A stretch of 64,000 nt of DNA from Eledone cirrhosa (GCA_964016885.1 CAXHJY010000899.1:108234-172233); one strand, 5' to 3'; positions 1 through 13,613 are shown, counted from the first letter of the stretch. Notes: generated by a model not told the origin, from the sequence alone. Made by a program: numbers and translations.

Positions 1-225
1 CATTCCATAGACACATGTACCCTTTATGCAATTCTCAAGGAGATTCAACATGGCAGTGAGTGGAAAAGCTGGACCTTTAAACTTTAGATACAATTCATTT
101 TTGCCAGCTGAGTGGACAAGACCAACATGAAATATAGTGCTCAAAGACACAATGCATTGCCAGGAATCAAACACCCGACTATATGATTGTAAGTCAAACA
201 CTATAATTATGAGCCATGTGTCTTC
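1..225 (-). mobile_element. Old tRNA-derived CORE-like SINE, diverged and cut by the window edge
   Basis: The reverse complement shows a degenerate tRNA-like head and a CORE-like segment (cattgtgtctttgagc...ccactcagctggcaaaaatg), related to copies at 24620-24970 and 27237-27580. Confidence 0.55.
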
Positions 226-475
226 CCCATTGAGTTATATATTTGAGTTAGACAAACAGTACCAAGTTGTTTTAGTACCACATGTATGTGGGGAAACACA
301 TACAAACCATTGAAATGTAAATAAAAAAAAAATATACCAACTGTTCTGCATTGGTAACATTTTCAGATATTTTGATAAATATCTCCAATTTTGTAATTAT
401 TTTTAGCATCTATCATCTGCGTGTGTGCGCGTGCGCGCATGAACACTTAGATATTTACATGATATTACAAACCTA

Positions 476-509
476 CTTGGTACAGCTTGGATTGAAATTT
501 GTTGCCCAT
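476..509 (-). CDS. Candidate first coding exon (MGNKFQSKLYQ...) of a host gene running off the left edge
   Basis: The minus strand reads attaaaATGGGCAACAAATTTCAATCCAAGCTGTACCAA|gtaggtttgt: good ATG context and a donor-like GT, in non-repetitive sequence. No protein family is recognisable. Confidence 0.25.
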
Positions 510-1229
510 TTTAATACCAGCACCTTAATTTTTGGTACTGTCAGTGGAGTCCACTCTGTTGTAAGCATTTGAAACAGGTCCAAGAATAACTCCCTATTGT
601 TGCCAGAATTTATCCGTCGAAACTCGATTAAAGAGAAACCATATACAAGACCCAAAGTAGTCTCAAACATCGCTACACCAGTGTGAGAGAGTTCTCTCTT
701 GCATGTGGGTGGAAGCCAGGCATTAGTTGCTTCATGGTCCCAGTGGACATAGTGGGGAAAACGTTGCCCCAGAGGATGGTGTGGGAAACACATTGGAATA
801 GCATTTCACCAACAGATGCCTTATGTCAGATAAAACAGTGTCCCTACTACTCTGACTCCATGAGTAATACCTCATGAGGCCACCCTTATATAGGAACTAA
901 AGTATAATTAGTACCAACCCATGAGGCATGGTTTCCGTTACTTTTGTTACCCACCAATGGTCATGAACACTGACTAGCTTCTTTTGGTTAAGCCATAAAC
1001 AAACAAACAAAAAACAATACTAGACAACATAGTAACATCAATGAAGATTTCAATGGAGAATCTTTTAAAACCTGGACAGACAATAATAGACCACTTACAA
1101 TTGGAATATTGTTGTACATACATGCAGAACATAGCATGGCTATGGAGTAGTGGAATATGAAAGGAGAAAAGAAATACCAGAGATAGAGAACCATATCCAA
1201 TGGGAAAACACAAGCAACATTATTATTAT

Positions 1230-1623
1230 TGAAGCACCTGGCTTAGTGGTTAGAGCATTGGCCTTGCAATGGAAAGGTTGTGAGTTCAATTTTCAGACCG
1301 GGTGATGTGTTGTTTCCTTGAGCAAGACACTTTATTTCACATTGCTCCAGTTTACTCAGCTGTAGAAATGAGATGATAGGGACTGGGGTCCATATCATTC
1401 CACTGCAAAGTGGTCATGGAGGTGCCATGGCAAAAAAAAGCACCCAGCCCACACTGTAAAGTGGATGCGTAGGTGCCACGGCAAAAAAAGCACCCAGCAC
1501 TCACTGTAAATGAGATTGGTGTTAGGAAGGGCATCTAGCTGTAAAAATCAAGCCAGAATCAGTTCCCGTCCCACCCTTGCAAGCAGGGAAAAAGCGGACG
1601 TAAAATGAAATGATGATGATGAT
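1230..1623 (+). mobile_element. tRNA-derived CORE-like SINE with RTE LINE-derived 3' tail
   Basis: A box tggcttagtggttag, B box gagttcaatt, CORE-like tccttgagcaagacacttt...cagtttactcagctgtagaaatg. The 3' part matches the RTE 3' UTR at 62821-63080 and ends in (GAT)n. Confidence 0.85.
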
Positions 1624-2108
1624 TATATACATATGTAAACACTGCAACATCAATATTATAAACAAAAGCAATCAAAAGTTAACTTCATTGGCCACAGCAT
1701 ATATTGAAGCATATATTCATAGTAGAAAGACTGAAGGTCTACCTAAATATTAGTATAAAGAAGATCAGTTCTAATAGTGAGAATGATGGTGTTATATTTG
1801 GTATAACTAAAACAATAGGATTTCTCATAACTTTTTCTAAAAGCAATCACTTTATATGGAAAAATAAAAATAAAAAACATTCGGCAGCCACTATTCTTTC
1901 ATTTAGTAGTTTCAGTCATTTGACAGCCACCATGCTGGAGTACAACTATGATTTAGTCAACACCAGTGAACTGCATAAACACACACACACATTCATATAT
2001 ATATACATACACACATATATATATACACACATTCATACATACATACACACACATTCATATATATACACACACACATTCATATATATATATACTTACATAC
2101 ATATACCT

Positions 2109-2503
2109 ATCATCATCAGCATCACTGTTTTACATCCATTCTTCTATGCTAGCATGGGTTAGACGGGTTGTACTGTTGTGGGCAATGTCTGGTTGGCTGA
2201 CCTTGTCTTGCTCATATGGGAACTGATTCTGGCTTGATTTCTACAGCTGGATGCCGTTCCTAACACCAACCTCATTTAAAGTGAGTGCTGGGTGCTTTTT
2301 TTGCCGTGGCACCTCCACAACCACTTTGCAGTGGAACGATAGGGACCCCAGTTCTATCATCTCATTTCTACAGCTGAGTAAACTGGAGCAATGTGAAATA
2401 AAATGTCTTGTTCAAGGAAACAACACATCACCCGGTCTGAGAATTGAACTCACAACCTTTCGATTGCAAGCCCAATGCTCTAACCACTAAGCCATGTGCC
2501 ATC
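2109..2503 (-). mobile_element. tRNA/CORE/RTE-tail SINE, long-tail variant
   Basis: Reverse-complement match to 1230-1623. The tail gctagcatgggttagacgggttgt...gctgacc closely matches the LINE at 62856-62940. Flanked by TA/CA microsatellites. Confidence 0.85.
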
Positions 2504-2506
2504 ACA

Positions 2507-2558
<52 letters not shown>

Positions 2559-3017
2559 TACACCTGCACACACACACATATATATGACAGGCTTCTGCAG
2601 TTTCCATCTACCAAATTTCACAGGACCAAACCCAGAACCATGGTTGAGAACCACTCTCTTTAGCTGCACAAACATACCTGCGACTATGTGGATCATCATC
2701 GTTTTAATGTCTGCTTTCCCTGCTATCAAGGGTTGAACGTGTCTACACAGACCAAATCAATACTGAAGTGGGGCTACTGATCGCCCAGACAGGCTAGGGA
2801 TCTGCATCTCACCTACATACAGACTCACATTCTACCGAGTGCACAAGAGAGGCTATCATGTCTTTGACACAACTGAAGAGTCTTCCCAACCCTCAATGAA
2901 GAATATTTTACTTCCGTTTCTCCTTGCATTTCTGACCAAAATCTACCAGACAAGTTTCCACATCTAGAATTACTTTTATGACAAACAAATTCCACAATAT
3001 CTGTATTCTTTTAATTG

Positions 3018-3233
3018 TTAATCCTTTAGAATTTATATTACTCTATATTTACTATTTTATTTTCACGGTAATCACTTTATCTCACATAATATCAAATCTA
3101 CGAGATTTTGATATTATATATTTTGAGAACAATACCTTAACATAAGTATGAGCTGCCAGTTATGGCCGGTTTGAACAGAGAGAGGCAAGAGAATTCTGGC
3201 TGGATGCAGCCAGTTTAAATGTTAATGAGTTAA
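3018..3233. mobile_element. piggyBac-type MITE, diverged copy
   Basis: Bounded by TTAA on both sides with degenerate ccctttag...aaaggg termini. The interior clearly matches 29634-29860. Confidence 0.6.
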
Positions 3234-3904
3234 AAGACATTAGCAGAACTCTGGGGCCATTAGCATTCCTGCAACTCACACCGAATTCGACTGTTTTGTA
3301 GAATTATATAAATTTAGAATGTTTGGGAGTGTTAACAAATAAAGAGCTTGAGAGGTATGTAATTAATTATAAAGAAGCAAGATTAACAAAACTGTATAAT
3401 TTAGCATAATGATGCACATTTTTCAGAATGTTGGCTACAACATTCACAAACCATCAAATACAAATTTACTTTTAATTGCATTACACAAACACAGTATGAA
3501 ATAAAAATTGCAGTTGATTACCATAACTTTGGTATAGACCACTGGTAGTTCACCTGAACCAAATTGTGCCTCATTGGGCCTAGCAAATAAAATAGTTCGG
3601 GTGCTGGCCGGTAAACTTAAGATTTATCTAGAGAGTTCTTTATCATTGAAGAATTTATTATTATTAGTGTTGTTATTGTTGAAGTATTGATGGTTTAATG
3701 GCAGTAGCAGTAGAGCATTGCAATAAATTCCTGATAGTTTATAATCTCATTCTTCTACATTCTGAACACAAATCCTGCTAGACTCGACTTTTCTTTTCAT
3801 CTCTTCTGGTTCAATAAGTACCAGTTATATACCCCTATTGATTCAAGTGACTAAAATAACTTTGCTAAAAAATTGTGGGCTTGTGCTAATATAAATCATT
3901 AATA

Positions 3905-3939
<35 letters not shown>

Positions 3940-4404
3940 CTAAAGGACTTTTGTTTTCTCACACTAAAGAAAATCCTTTCAAAACATAATTTTTTTTCCG
4001 CAAGCTAACATACTCTGGTTATCTTTCATTCTAATTTTGTATTTTTCTATCTATAAAACTTTCAAACAAATGAGGGTACTAGAGCATAATCACTTAACCC
4101 CATAACGGATATCATTAACAATTCTTGATGCTTCAAATACAATATTGTTATGGAGGAAGGGAAGAGAAACAAAACAACAAAATAGAAAGTTTTGAAGAGC
4201 TCTAAGAATTCTTGACATTTTAACATTATTACATGCAAGCAATTATAATATCTAGCACTCGTCGCAGAATTATTGACATTTGAATAATTTATAATACATG
4301 GTAGAAAATTTCATTCTTTACATCAAACATACTCTTTACTCTTAAAATAATAATTTAGACATTATAGCGTTAAACAGTCCCATATTATTTAAAATAGGAT
4401 TATT

Positions 4405-4570
4405 GTGTTAGTGGTTAGAGAGTTGGATTCACAATTGTTAGGTTGTAAGTTAAATTTCTGGGCCAGGTGATGCATTCTGTCCTTGAGCAAGAGATTTTAT
4501 TTCAGATTGCTTCTTTTTCCAGGAGTTGCGACCAGTAGATAGTATCTGCAATTTGAAAAACTAATGGAAA
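4405..4570 (+). mobile_element. Diverged tRNA/CORE-like SINE, 5' portion
   Basis: tagtggttagagagttggattcacaattg...gtccttgagcaagagattttatttcag. A related minus-strand copy is at 15990-16170. Confidence 0.55.
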
Positions 4571-4817
4571 CATTGTTTCCTTGGTCCGAATAAGGTTAGC
4601 GATCTTTTCGATTCAGACTATATTGTCTTCAATTGAATCTTAGATATATCCACAATAAAAAAACAGGTTGACCACTGCTAGATTGCCAATCAAATAAATA
4701 GTCAAAAAGCTATTTCTGTGCCTGTGAGATAAAAACACTAGATAAACTATTGTAGATCTTACTATTGTCACTATAACGTATCTCTGAGCAAGCTACCTAA
4801 ATTTGAAAGCTCTAGTT

Positions 4818-5083
4818 CAGCAGTCGCCAACCAGTGGTCCGAGAGAAAATTTGGACATTATTTGCAATTTTTATGTTTTATTAATATTAAAACAAAAATA
4901 ATATTTGGTTAAAATATATTTTATAACCCCCCTAAAAAATGTTTTAATAGGTGCATTTCATATTAATAAAATGGAAGTTCTCTGATCATTATTTTAGAAA
5001 TGTATTTTTTTTTTAAATTCATCCCCGGGATTTAAAATTATGAATTTAGTGGTCCATGAGGTCTGAAAGGTTGGCGACCAGTG
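4818..5083. mobile_element. hAT (Charlie-like) non-autonomous MITE
   Basis: TIRs cagcagtcgccaacc / ggttggcgaccagtg. The 8-bp TSD ctctagtt / ttctagtt (7/8) resembles the NTCTAGAN hAT-Charlie target. Confidence 0.8.
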
Positions 5084-5538
5084 TTCTAGTTTGCATGTCT
5101 GAATAAAAAGAAAAAAAAAAACAAATGAAAAAACAAGTGGGTCAACCAAAACTAGGTTGTGGTCTTTTCATCAGCAAAAATCAGTTCCATAAAGGGTCAC
5201 TAAATAGAAGGATTACAGAACCCTAAGAAGCAAATTCTATTAGTTCTGGCAAAAACATTAGAATTAACTGTTATCAATACAGAAACTTATTCTAAAAGGT
5301 TCCAATCACACTTCATATTTAAGGGTTAGCAATAGGAAGGATATCCAGCTGTAAAAACAATTATTCTAGCAAAGAAACCCATGCAAATAGATGAAAAAAT
5401 ATCTCAAAAGAAAAAAAAAGAAGTCTGTTAAACTGTAGTTGACCAGTGTCAATGAACTCAACAGTAACAAAAACATTTGCTCTGTGAGCTCTATAAGGTT
5501 GATATGGTAATTGCTGTATCTCATTTAAACCTTGTAAA

Positions 5539-5648
5539 TAATCCCACCGAGGTTAACTTTGCCTTTCATCCTTACGGGGTCGATAAAATAAAGTACCAGT
5601 AATGCACTGGGTAATTGCTGGCCTTGTGCCAAAAGTAGAAACAATTAT
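5539..5648 (+). mobile_element. SINE family 2, 5'-truncated
   Basis: aatcccaccgaggttaactttgcctttcatccttacggggtcgataaaataaagtaccag...ggccttgtgccaaaagtagaaacaatt, nearly identical to the 3' half of 21371-21558. Confidence 0.8.
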
Positions 5649-6469
5649 TTACAGATAATCCCACCTGCAGATATTTAATAGAATATTTAAATACTCAACA
5701 AAAGAAGCAAAGTGAATATTTTCAAGCCTTCCCCAAAACACACTCATTAGACTTCAGTAATACATAAAATGATTAAAAAATATATTTTTTTAAATAGGCA
5801 AAATACAGAAAGAAATTAACTGATCTTCTTTCTCTCTTTTCCATATGACCTTAGGCATAGACACATACATTAACCTACTTGCTCAGTCCATCTAATTGTT
5901 TATCTTCTGCAGCTGTTAAAGATAAAAAAAACATTTTGCACCACTGAGTTACAACTGACCTAAAACACACATATACAAAGCTGGTCACTGATAAAGCACA
6001 TTAGATACTACTAATGTATAGCTGTGTGTGATTGTGTAGAATAAAGGACACCGGGCTGTAAACCATTGTCCCAAAAAATCTTATAAATATCTATATCTTT
6101 TCAAATTATTCATTCTTATGTTATCAGAAGAGAAGAGGTACAAAAAGTGTTAAAAGGAAAGGCTTTTTTATCAGACTGGGGCTCATGTCATTTTCATTGG
6201 TGTTAAGCAACTGAAAGTTCAAGAATCTTCCCTGAACAGGACACCAGCCAACCACAAGATTAACCCCCTGCTGCTGGGACTTATTTTCAGTTGACTGGAC
6301 TGAAGCAATATAAAATGCTATGTCATACTCAAGAACACATGACATTGAGTCACGGAATCAAGCTCACAACATTAGGAACATGAGCTTAACACCCTTACAA
6401 CTAGGATGAGTATCTTCACCACCATTGGGATAGTGCTGTGTCTTATTTACATAACTATTTAGCCTATGG

Positions 6470-6760
6470 CTCACAGACATGCTGTCTCTCCTTTTCTACC
6501 ATTATCACAGTGGCCTCTACTACATGAAGGTGGCTGTTCTCAAGTCACCTCCACTTAGACTCACTTTTCTCTCCATCTTGTGTCCCTCATTTACCCATCA
6601 AACCCAAAGGCCTGCACTAACCACTTTCTCCCAATCCTCCAATCCTTTCTCCTTGGAATATCATCCCTCTGGAATTCCCTCTTAGTTCATATTTTCCCTG
6701 TAGTCATTAATTTGCAGTTGTTCAAGAAAAACATTAACCATGTTGATATCACCAGTTTCG
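6470..6760 (+). pseudogene. Degenerate 3' end of a CR1/L2-group LINE ORF2
   Basis: Frameshifted peptide ...TNHFSQS...SSLWNSLLVHIFPVVINLQLFKKNINHVD, typical of the C-terminus (WNSLP...NL..FK). A weaker related remnant is at 7480-7590. Confidence 0.5.
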
Positions 6761-9700
6761 AAGGGTGTGTAGTGGCCATGGGGTCAACCCATTCTTCCAG
6801 ATCTAATCCTTAAAAAAAAAAAGAATTTAAATAATGCTGCCGCTATATAGCCAAGACTACATTCAAAAGATGGCCATTAAACTGATTAGAAAAGACTCAT
6901 TCACCAACAAACTACCTCTAGCTCACAGAATATATATGGTTTCTTCTCTCTGCCCCTTCTACTGCAACTACAATGACCTCTGCCCTTCTAAACTGGCAAG
7001 CTAGTGGCAGACAGTTGCTATAGCATAGGAAAAAATACTTTACAGTATTTCTTCTATCTCCGCATTTCGAGTTCAAATTCCACAGAGATCAACTTCACCT
7101 TTCATCCCCTTGTGGTTGATAAAATAAAGTACAAGTTTCAGGTGGAATTGTTAGGGTGTTGGTTGAGATGCTTTGTGGTATTTGTTGCAGTTCTTTGCAT
7201 TTGGAATTGTTGGGCAGTAGACTTAATCCATCACTGAGTTTAATACCACCACCTGGTCCTTAGGTGGCTTTAGTGGCGGTCACTATGTTGCAAGCAGGTC
7301 AGGTCCCCTCTCTTCCACACACCAATTTTTAAGGCCCTGGAGAACAAAGGATCATGAATATTGGCCATCCCTCTCTGACTATGTAAATAACAAACCCTAT
7401 TATACCTGTCACTTCCACTCCACCCTATTCCCCCTGTATCTTACAAGACCCTAAACAAATCTCTTTACATAATTACTTTCCCTCAGCGTTACATCATTCC
7501 GGAATTCTGTTACTGGCAGCATTTCTTTTTTCAATAGGTGTCAACCTACACAAGTTCAAACTAAACAACATCAATCCTGCCAGTCTGATGGAACCTCAAA
7601 GCCTATTTCATCACACTATGACTGCTTTCCATACTGGTGTGGGTTGGATGGGTTATCACATCCAAGTCACCTCTTATTCGGAATGATTTCCCTCCCAAAT
7701 AGGTTGGAGAACCATGTTTTACTCATATATTCCACTTTTAGCATGGTTTTCATGACTGGATACTTTTCCAAATATCATTTGCTTTCACTACATGATTTAA
7801 AAAAAAACATTTTTGCAACTACACTTTATTATTTTCCTTTTAGAGATTACACATTCCATGATATTCCTCTGATATTTTCTATAGTATGATGTTAAAGCAA
7901 AATGTTCCAATCAATTTCATCCATATCACAATTTCACATCTGAGGCTGTTGTCAATTTCATATTAAGGCAATCTAGACCATATATCTCTATCTTTCTGAT
8001 TAATTGTGCATTCTGGATATTGGTGTTCTTAAAACCCTTGTTTCGATTTTTTTTTTCCTTTTCCTTTTCCTTTTCCAATTTTAATATTTGTGATTCAACC
8101 TTGAAATTAAGCATATTGAAACCACTTCTCAACAGAATTAATTTTTTAAAATTCTACATTGAAATTAATGATTATTTTCAAAAATATTTAGAGAGAATTT
8201 GCTGTGTAAAATTGAATAGATTGATCCTCAGATCAGGAAAGTAATTTTCAGATTTTGTCAGAATAATCTTCAAACCTAATATGTGGAGATAGTATAAAAT
8301 TTCAGCATTGTTATTATTTTTCTTTGTTATTTTATTAGTTAAGGCACAAAAGATGTTCTAAGAGTTAAAGAAAACAACACAATTGTTCATTCCTTTGATA
8401 AAGTAGGAAAAGTGAAATGTACTTTCAAGAAAAAGACAGAAACAGAATAATTTAGAATAATTTATTAATTTTTATTTTTCTCTACAAGAGGGAAAATTAT
8501 ATACAGTGAATGGATGAGAAGAAAACAGAAGAAAGAAGGAAAGAAGGAAAGAAGGAAAGAAAGAAAAGAGGAATATTTATGAAGGGCATGAACAGAATAG
8601 AAAGCTTTAGAATAAAATGCTAACATAGAAATTAAAGAAATTATATTGATATGAATATTCTTGGTGACATTTTGCCCACTGTAATAGATTGGACTGATAT
8701 ATCATATTAAAGTAATTCTTTATAATGACTGCAATGATCGATATAATTCCATTTTGTATTAAAGTATAACATCTATTTTTATTAAATTCATTGCAAAAAT
8801 ATTTGAAGGTTATAAAACTTTAGCTTAAGCATAACAATCAACCCAGTAAATAAGAGGAAGATATTGCAAACTTCCATTACCCTAATTTCATAAGTCTTGA
8901 AAGGGTTATTGCTAAGCATCCACTAATTCAATGGTTCATCAATTTTATATAACCTGACAGAAACTAAAAATGAATTAGAATTATTTGTAAAATCTAGAAA
9001 AAGTAGGTTGTTTTCAGGATAGAACAAAATTGATTAGATTGCAGCATTATTCATATACTGGAGAGTATATTAATGTAGAATCTGCAGGAAAAAAAAAAAT
9101 GAATATAGTTCGTTCTTTGAGGGAGACATTTCTTAGATAGAGTAGTTAAACTACACTTTGTGGTGTTGCCTGTAGAAGAAAGCAAACAAAGAATAATGTC
9201 AGTGGAGTTCTCTCCATCAGACAAAAGAGTCTGGGCACCATCAGGTCAACTTCTGATGTAATGAGTTGAATTTGATAATGAATAGGTAAAAGACAAACAG
9301 CCCATGTCCATGGAGAGATAGCTGAACTGAAAGGGCTGGAAGGAGGACTCTGCAGATGTTTTAAAGAAAGAGAAAAGTAGAAAAGAAAGAAAAAAGCAAT
9401 AGCGGATGAAAAGGACTAAAATGAGTTATTTACGTGTCACTTGTTCGTTTTCGTTTTGTATGCTTGTATTTCAACCAGATTAAAAGCAAATCTATAAAAT
9501 GAATATTGAATTTAAAACAATATCTTCCATAAAATTTCATTTTACTTTAACCAAAATTAAAAAGAAAATATTACTTTTCTTCTCTCCTCTCTTTCTCTCT
9601 TTAACACAAAATACACACTGGAGATTAAATTTTTATTTAATATAAGATAGTATTCTCCCCATTTCTTTCTCACTCCCTCTCTCTCAGAGACACACACACA

Positions 9701-10073
9701 AATATACTACATACATATGTACAAAGCAAGCTTTAGCAGAACGTTTCTATTTACAGTAAAATATAAAATGCTACAATCCAAATTAATCTTTCACATCTTT
9801 AAAAAATTGCAATATTTGAATAGGAACAATTTTGCTCATGAAAAATGGAATTTGATATGAAAATATAACATTTTCTGATAAAGGAATTGACAACAGAAGA
9901 TACTTTTTTTTAAATATCTCCTCGGTTTTTAATACATTCTTGTGAATTAAATGTGCATGCATGCACACTAAACTAGAGCAATTACTTATGGCACATTAGA
10001 AAAGATAAACATATTGTTTACTTTTCTGATAGCGAAAAAAAATTAAACGTATGGGCAGACTGAAGTATTGGGA

Positions 10074-10151
10074 AACTAAACATTACAATGAAACTAATAT
10101 ATATATATATATATATATATTACATATAGTTTCATTGTGTAATGTTTAGTT
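10074..10151. repeat. Inverted repeat around a (TA)n spacer
   Basis: aactaaacattacaatgaaacta ... tagtttcattgtgtaatgtttagtt, with one 2-nt indel. Confidence 0.85.
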
Positions 10152-10244
10152 ATATATATATATATATTTATATATAATGAATATGAAGACAATTTTTCCA
10201 TGATTCACCTTATGTAATCCACTGTTATACGTATTTCCATAGTG

Positions 10245-10279
<35 letters not shown>

Positions 10280-10283
<4 letters not shown>

Positions 10284-11158
10284 CAAAAGGACTTAAAATT
10301 AACCTGGCTAAGACTAAAGTTCTAGTTTGTAGGAAAGAAAATAAGGCGGCGGTCCCTTCTGGGAAATGGTCGTGCTCGGTGTGTAGGAAAGGCGTAGGTA
10401 GAAACTCCATTTTATGTCCTAAATGCAAAGTATGGGTGCATAAAAGATGTAGTGGGATCACAGGTAAGCTAACTAAGAACATAGATTTTACATGTGGCCG
10501 GTGCTCTGGTGCAATAAGTAGCAGCAAGTGCCCACGAAATACTAGCTCTTTCAATTGCGCAGAGGGTTCTATAGAAATAGTGGACAGCTTCCGTTACCTG
10601 GGCGATAAAATCAGCAGTGGGGGAGGGTGCTCTGAAAGTACAGTAGCTAGAGTCAGAACTGGTTGGAAAAAGTTCAGAGAGCTTATACCACTATTAGCTG
10701 CTAAAGGGTTCTCCCTAAAAATGAAAGGCAGGTTGTACGATGCCTGCATACGAACAGCAATGTTGCATGGCAGTGAGACCTGGGCATTGTGTGCAGAGGA
10801 TATACGCAGACTAGAGAGGAACGAAGCTTGCATGCTCCGCTGGATGTGTAACAGTAATATACGTGAACGGCAAAGCATAAACGAACTAAGGAAAAAATTA
10901 GAAATAAGAGGGATCAGATGTTGTTTACTCGAGAGAAGGCTACGTTGGTATGGACACATGATGCGCATGAAAGTCGATAGCTGTATAACAAAGTGCAGGG
11001 CAATAAAGATAGACGGTAGCCACGGAATAGGCAGACCTAGAAAAACCTGGGACGAGCTGATAAACTCCGACCTCACACGCTTACACCTCTCCAAGACAAT
11101 GTCACTGGACCGAGACCTTTGGCGGTACTCAGTAACAGAGAAGACCCGCCTTACCTAA
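10280..11158 (+). CDS. RTE LINE reverse transcriptase C-terminal fragment with PHD-like C4HC3 finger; open frame, no native start
   Basis: Motifs GLKINLAKTK, CSVC...CPKCKVWVHKRC...CGRC, FRYLG, MLHGSETW, RRLRWYGH, GRPRKTW. Confidence 0.85.
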
Positions 11159-11548
11159 ATACAAAGTAAAACCTACTACAGCCAGTAGGCATCTCTAACA
11201 AAATACACCCCGTCCCACCACCACCACCCCCACCACACCACCCCGTTCTATGTAAAGTTATGTTGGTGCCGCACCATCCAGGCTGAAACAAATGAGATCG
11301 TGTAGGTGTCACGACAAAAAAACACACAGTCCACGCTGTAAGGTGGCCGTGTAGGCAACACGGTAAAAACCTCCCAGACCCACACTGTAAATGTGGTTGG
11401 TGTTAGGAAGGGCATCCAACTGTAGAAAACCTGCCAGACAGTCCTATGCGAGCAAGACAATCACTCTTGCCTCAAGTGGGACTACCCCCGTCCAAACCCA
11501 TGCAAGCGTGGAACACGGACGTTAAACGTTGATGATGATGATGATGAT
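10280..11548 (+). mobile_element. 5'-truncated RTE-clade LINE
   Basis: Begins abruptly after (TA)n, in frame with ESKGLKINLAKTKVL. It contains the ORF to 11158, a 3' UTR with ggtgttaggaagggcatcc, and a (GAT)n tail. Confidence 0.9.
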
Positions 11549-12054
11549 ATGATCAACTTCCACCCTACAACCATCATGTAACTATAATTGTCTCTCCCTC
11601 TCCACACGCCATCCTATCAGCTCCGCCCCCATCACTCATATTCATAATCCCTCATTTAACTTCTTAGCCACCACTCCCCTTCAAACTCTTGAGCACTTTT
11701 GCCCTGAAAGAATGGCACTGACATAAACTTTGTCATGTAGAGGCAAGGCAACCACTCTAGAATTGACAAATCCACCCAATACTCTCTGACAAGTGGTCAC
11801 CAATTAAATAGAGAAACCATAGGGTGGGAAAAGCTCTTTAGTTTTGTCGAGGATGTGATGTTAGGAAGGGCAACCTGCTATAAAACCCATGCCAAAAATT
11901 GTAACATACATGTAAGACATGCCCCACCCTCTTGCAGCCCATCCAGGAAGGCAGTAGTTCTGAATAAGAATTGGCTTGGACTGTGACAACCCAACTAGCC
12001 CATTCTAGATTGCAAAGCAAATATAAAATAGTGATTATATATATATATATATAT

Positions 12055-12395
12055 ATCATCATCATCATCATTTTACGTCCGCTTTTTCCCTGCTTGCAAG
12101 GGTGGGACGGGAACTGATTCTGGCTTGATTTCTACAGCTGGATGCCCTTCCTAACACCAACCTCATTTACAGTGAGTGGTGGGTGTTTTTTTGCCGTGGC
12201 ACCTACACGACCACTTTGCAGTGGAATGATAGGGACCCCAGTCTCTATCATCTCATTTCTACAGCTGAGTAAACTGGAGCAATGTGAAATAAAGTGTCTT
12301 GCTCAAGGAAACAACACATCACCCGGTCTGAGAATTGAACTCACAACCTTTCGATTGCAAGGCCAATGCTCTAACCACTAAGCCATGTGCCTCCA
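12055..12395 (-). mobile_element. Full-length tRNA/CORE/RTE-tail SINE
   Basis: Near-identical to the reverse complement of 19521-19871. The 5' end is ggaggcacatggcttagtgg, and TA repeats lie on both sides. Confidence 0.9.
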
Positions 12396-13348
12396 TATAT
12401 ATATACTCTATATATTCAGTATATTTCTCAAATTAAGATCAAATCGACTACATCTCAATAAAAGATTCAATACACTGTACATGTAAAGTATATATTCTTT
12501 TATTTAAGAAATGTGACCTAACAGGAATGTAACTGTTTTAATACATAAGTGTGACTTTTGAATAAGATACAATTATGCATTGAAACAATTGCGTTCTTGT
12601 AAGTTCATACATCATAAATAAAACACACACACACACATATATATATCATAATAATAATATATTTAATATACATGTACACACACACACAGATATATATATA
12701 TATATATTTACTATATAAAATTAATTGTTTCTACTTTTTTGGCACAAGGCCAGCAGAAGACTGCTGTTATAAATTCAACGGTCTCTGGCCAGCATCTAGC
12801 CCACTCAATGAGTTTGCCGAATTGCACTAATGGAGTTACAATCAGCAGATGCATATATATATATTATAATGAATATATGCATATGGTTTGCTTTTTGCAT
12901 ATTAACTATAAAATATCTGAATAAAAGCAGCGATATAACTCCTTGAGATGGAAAATAGGGGACAGAATTACATGCGGGAATACTGCTTTCCAGTGTATGG
13001 TAGAAGTGTGGGTTGTTTCCTCCAGGCAACTCTGTCCACTTTTTTCCATCTGAAGGGGTTATGTCCCCACTTCCATTAAACTATTTTATAGTTAATATGA
13101 GTAGCCTTTACAAAAAGCAAAACATTCATATTTCAATCTTACTGTGCACTCCTTAAGCAGCTCATTGTTTACATTATAATAAATATATATTTACTCTATA
13201 TTTGCATACATACATTATAATATTAAATATCCATGCTAGCGTGGAAAAATGTACATTAAACGATGACGATAATGTGTATAATCATCATTTAATGTCTGTT
13301 TTCCTTGTTCGCAAGGGTTTGGACGGGCCTCTCTCTCTTGTGCGTCTA

Positions 13349-13385
<37 letters not shown>

Positions 13386-13613
13386 TTGTGTATAGTGGTA
13401 GCTATGGTGCTTCCATAGGCGGTATGCCAAAATTAGCACTCGATATTCATCAGAGTAGAGTGTAGATATTATCAAGAAAACGAAAAATCAGTGATGCATC
13501 TGGACTTAGTTTATTTCGTGTTACAAATGTTTTGTCGGCATGTAGCTCGAGTCATGGTCCTTGTATGGATCTGGCTGATTCTACTTCTGCGGGTTCTTTC
13601 AGACACGGGTGTT

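Noticed and set aside
9085-9355. Several minus-strand splice-acceptor-like sites
   Set aside because: No matching donor or recognisable reading frame. They cannot be supported without RNA data.
10594-11094. Antisense ORFs over the RTE copies (also 63244-63690)
   Set aside because: These are shadow frames of the RT coding strand.
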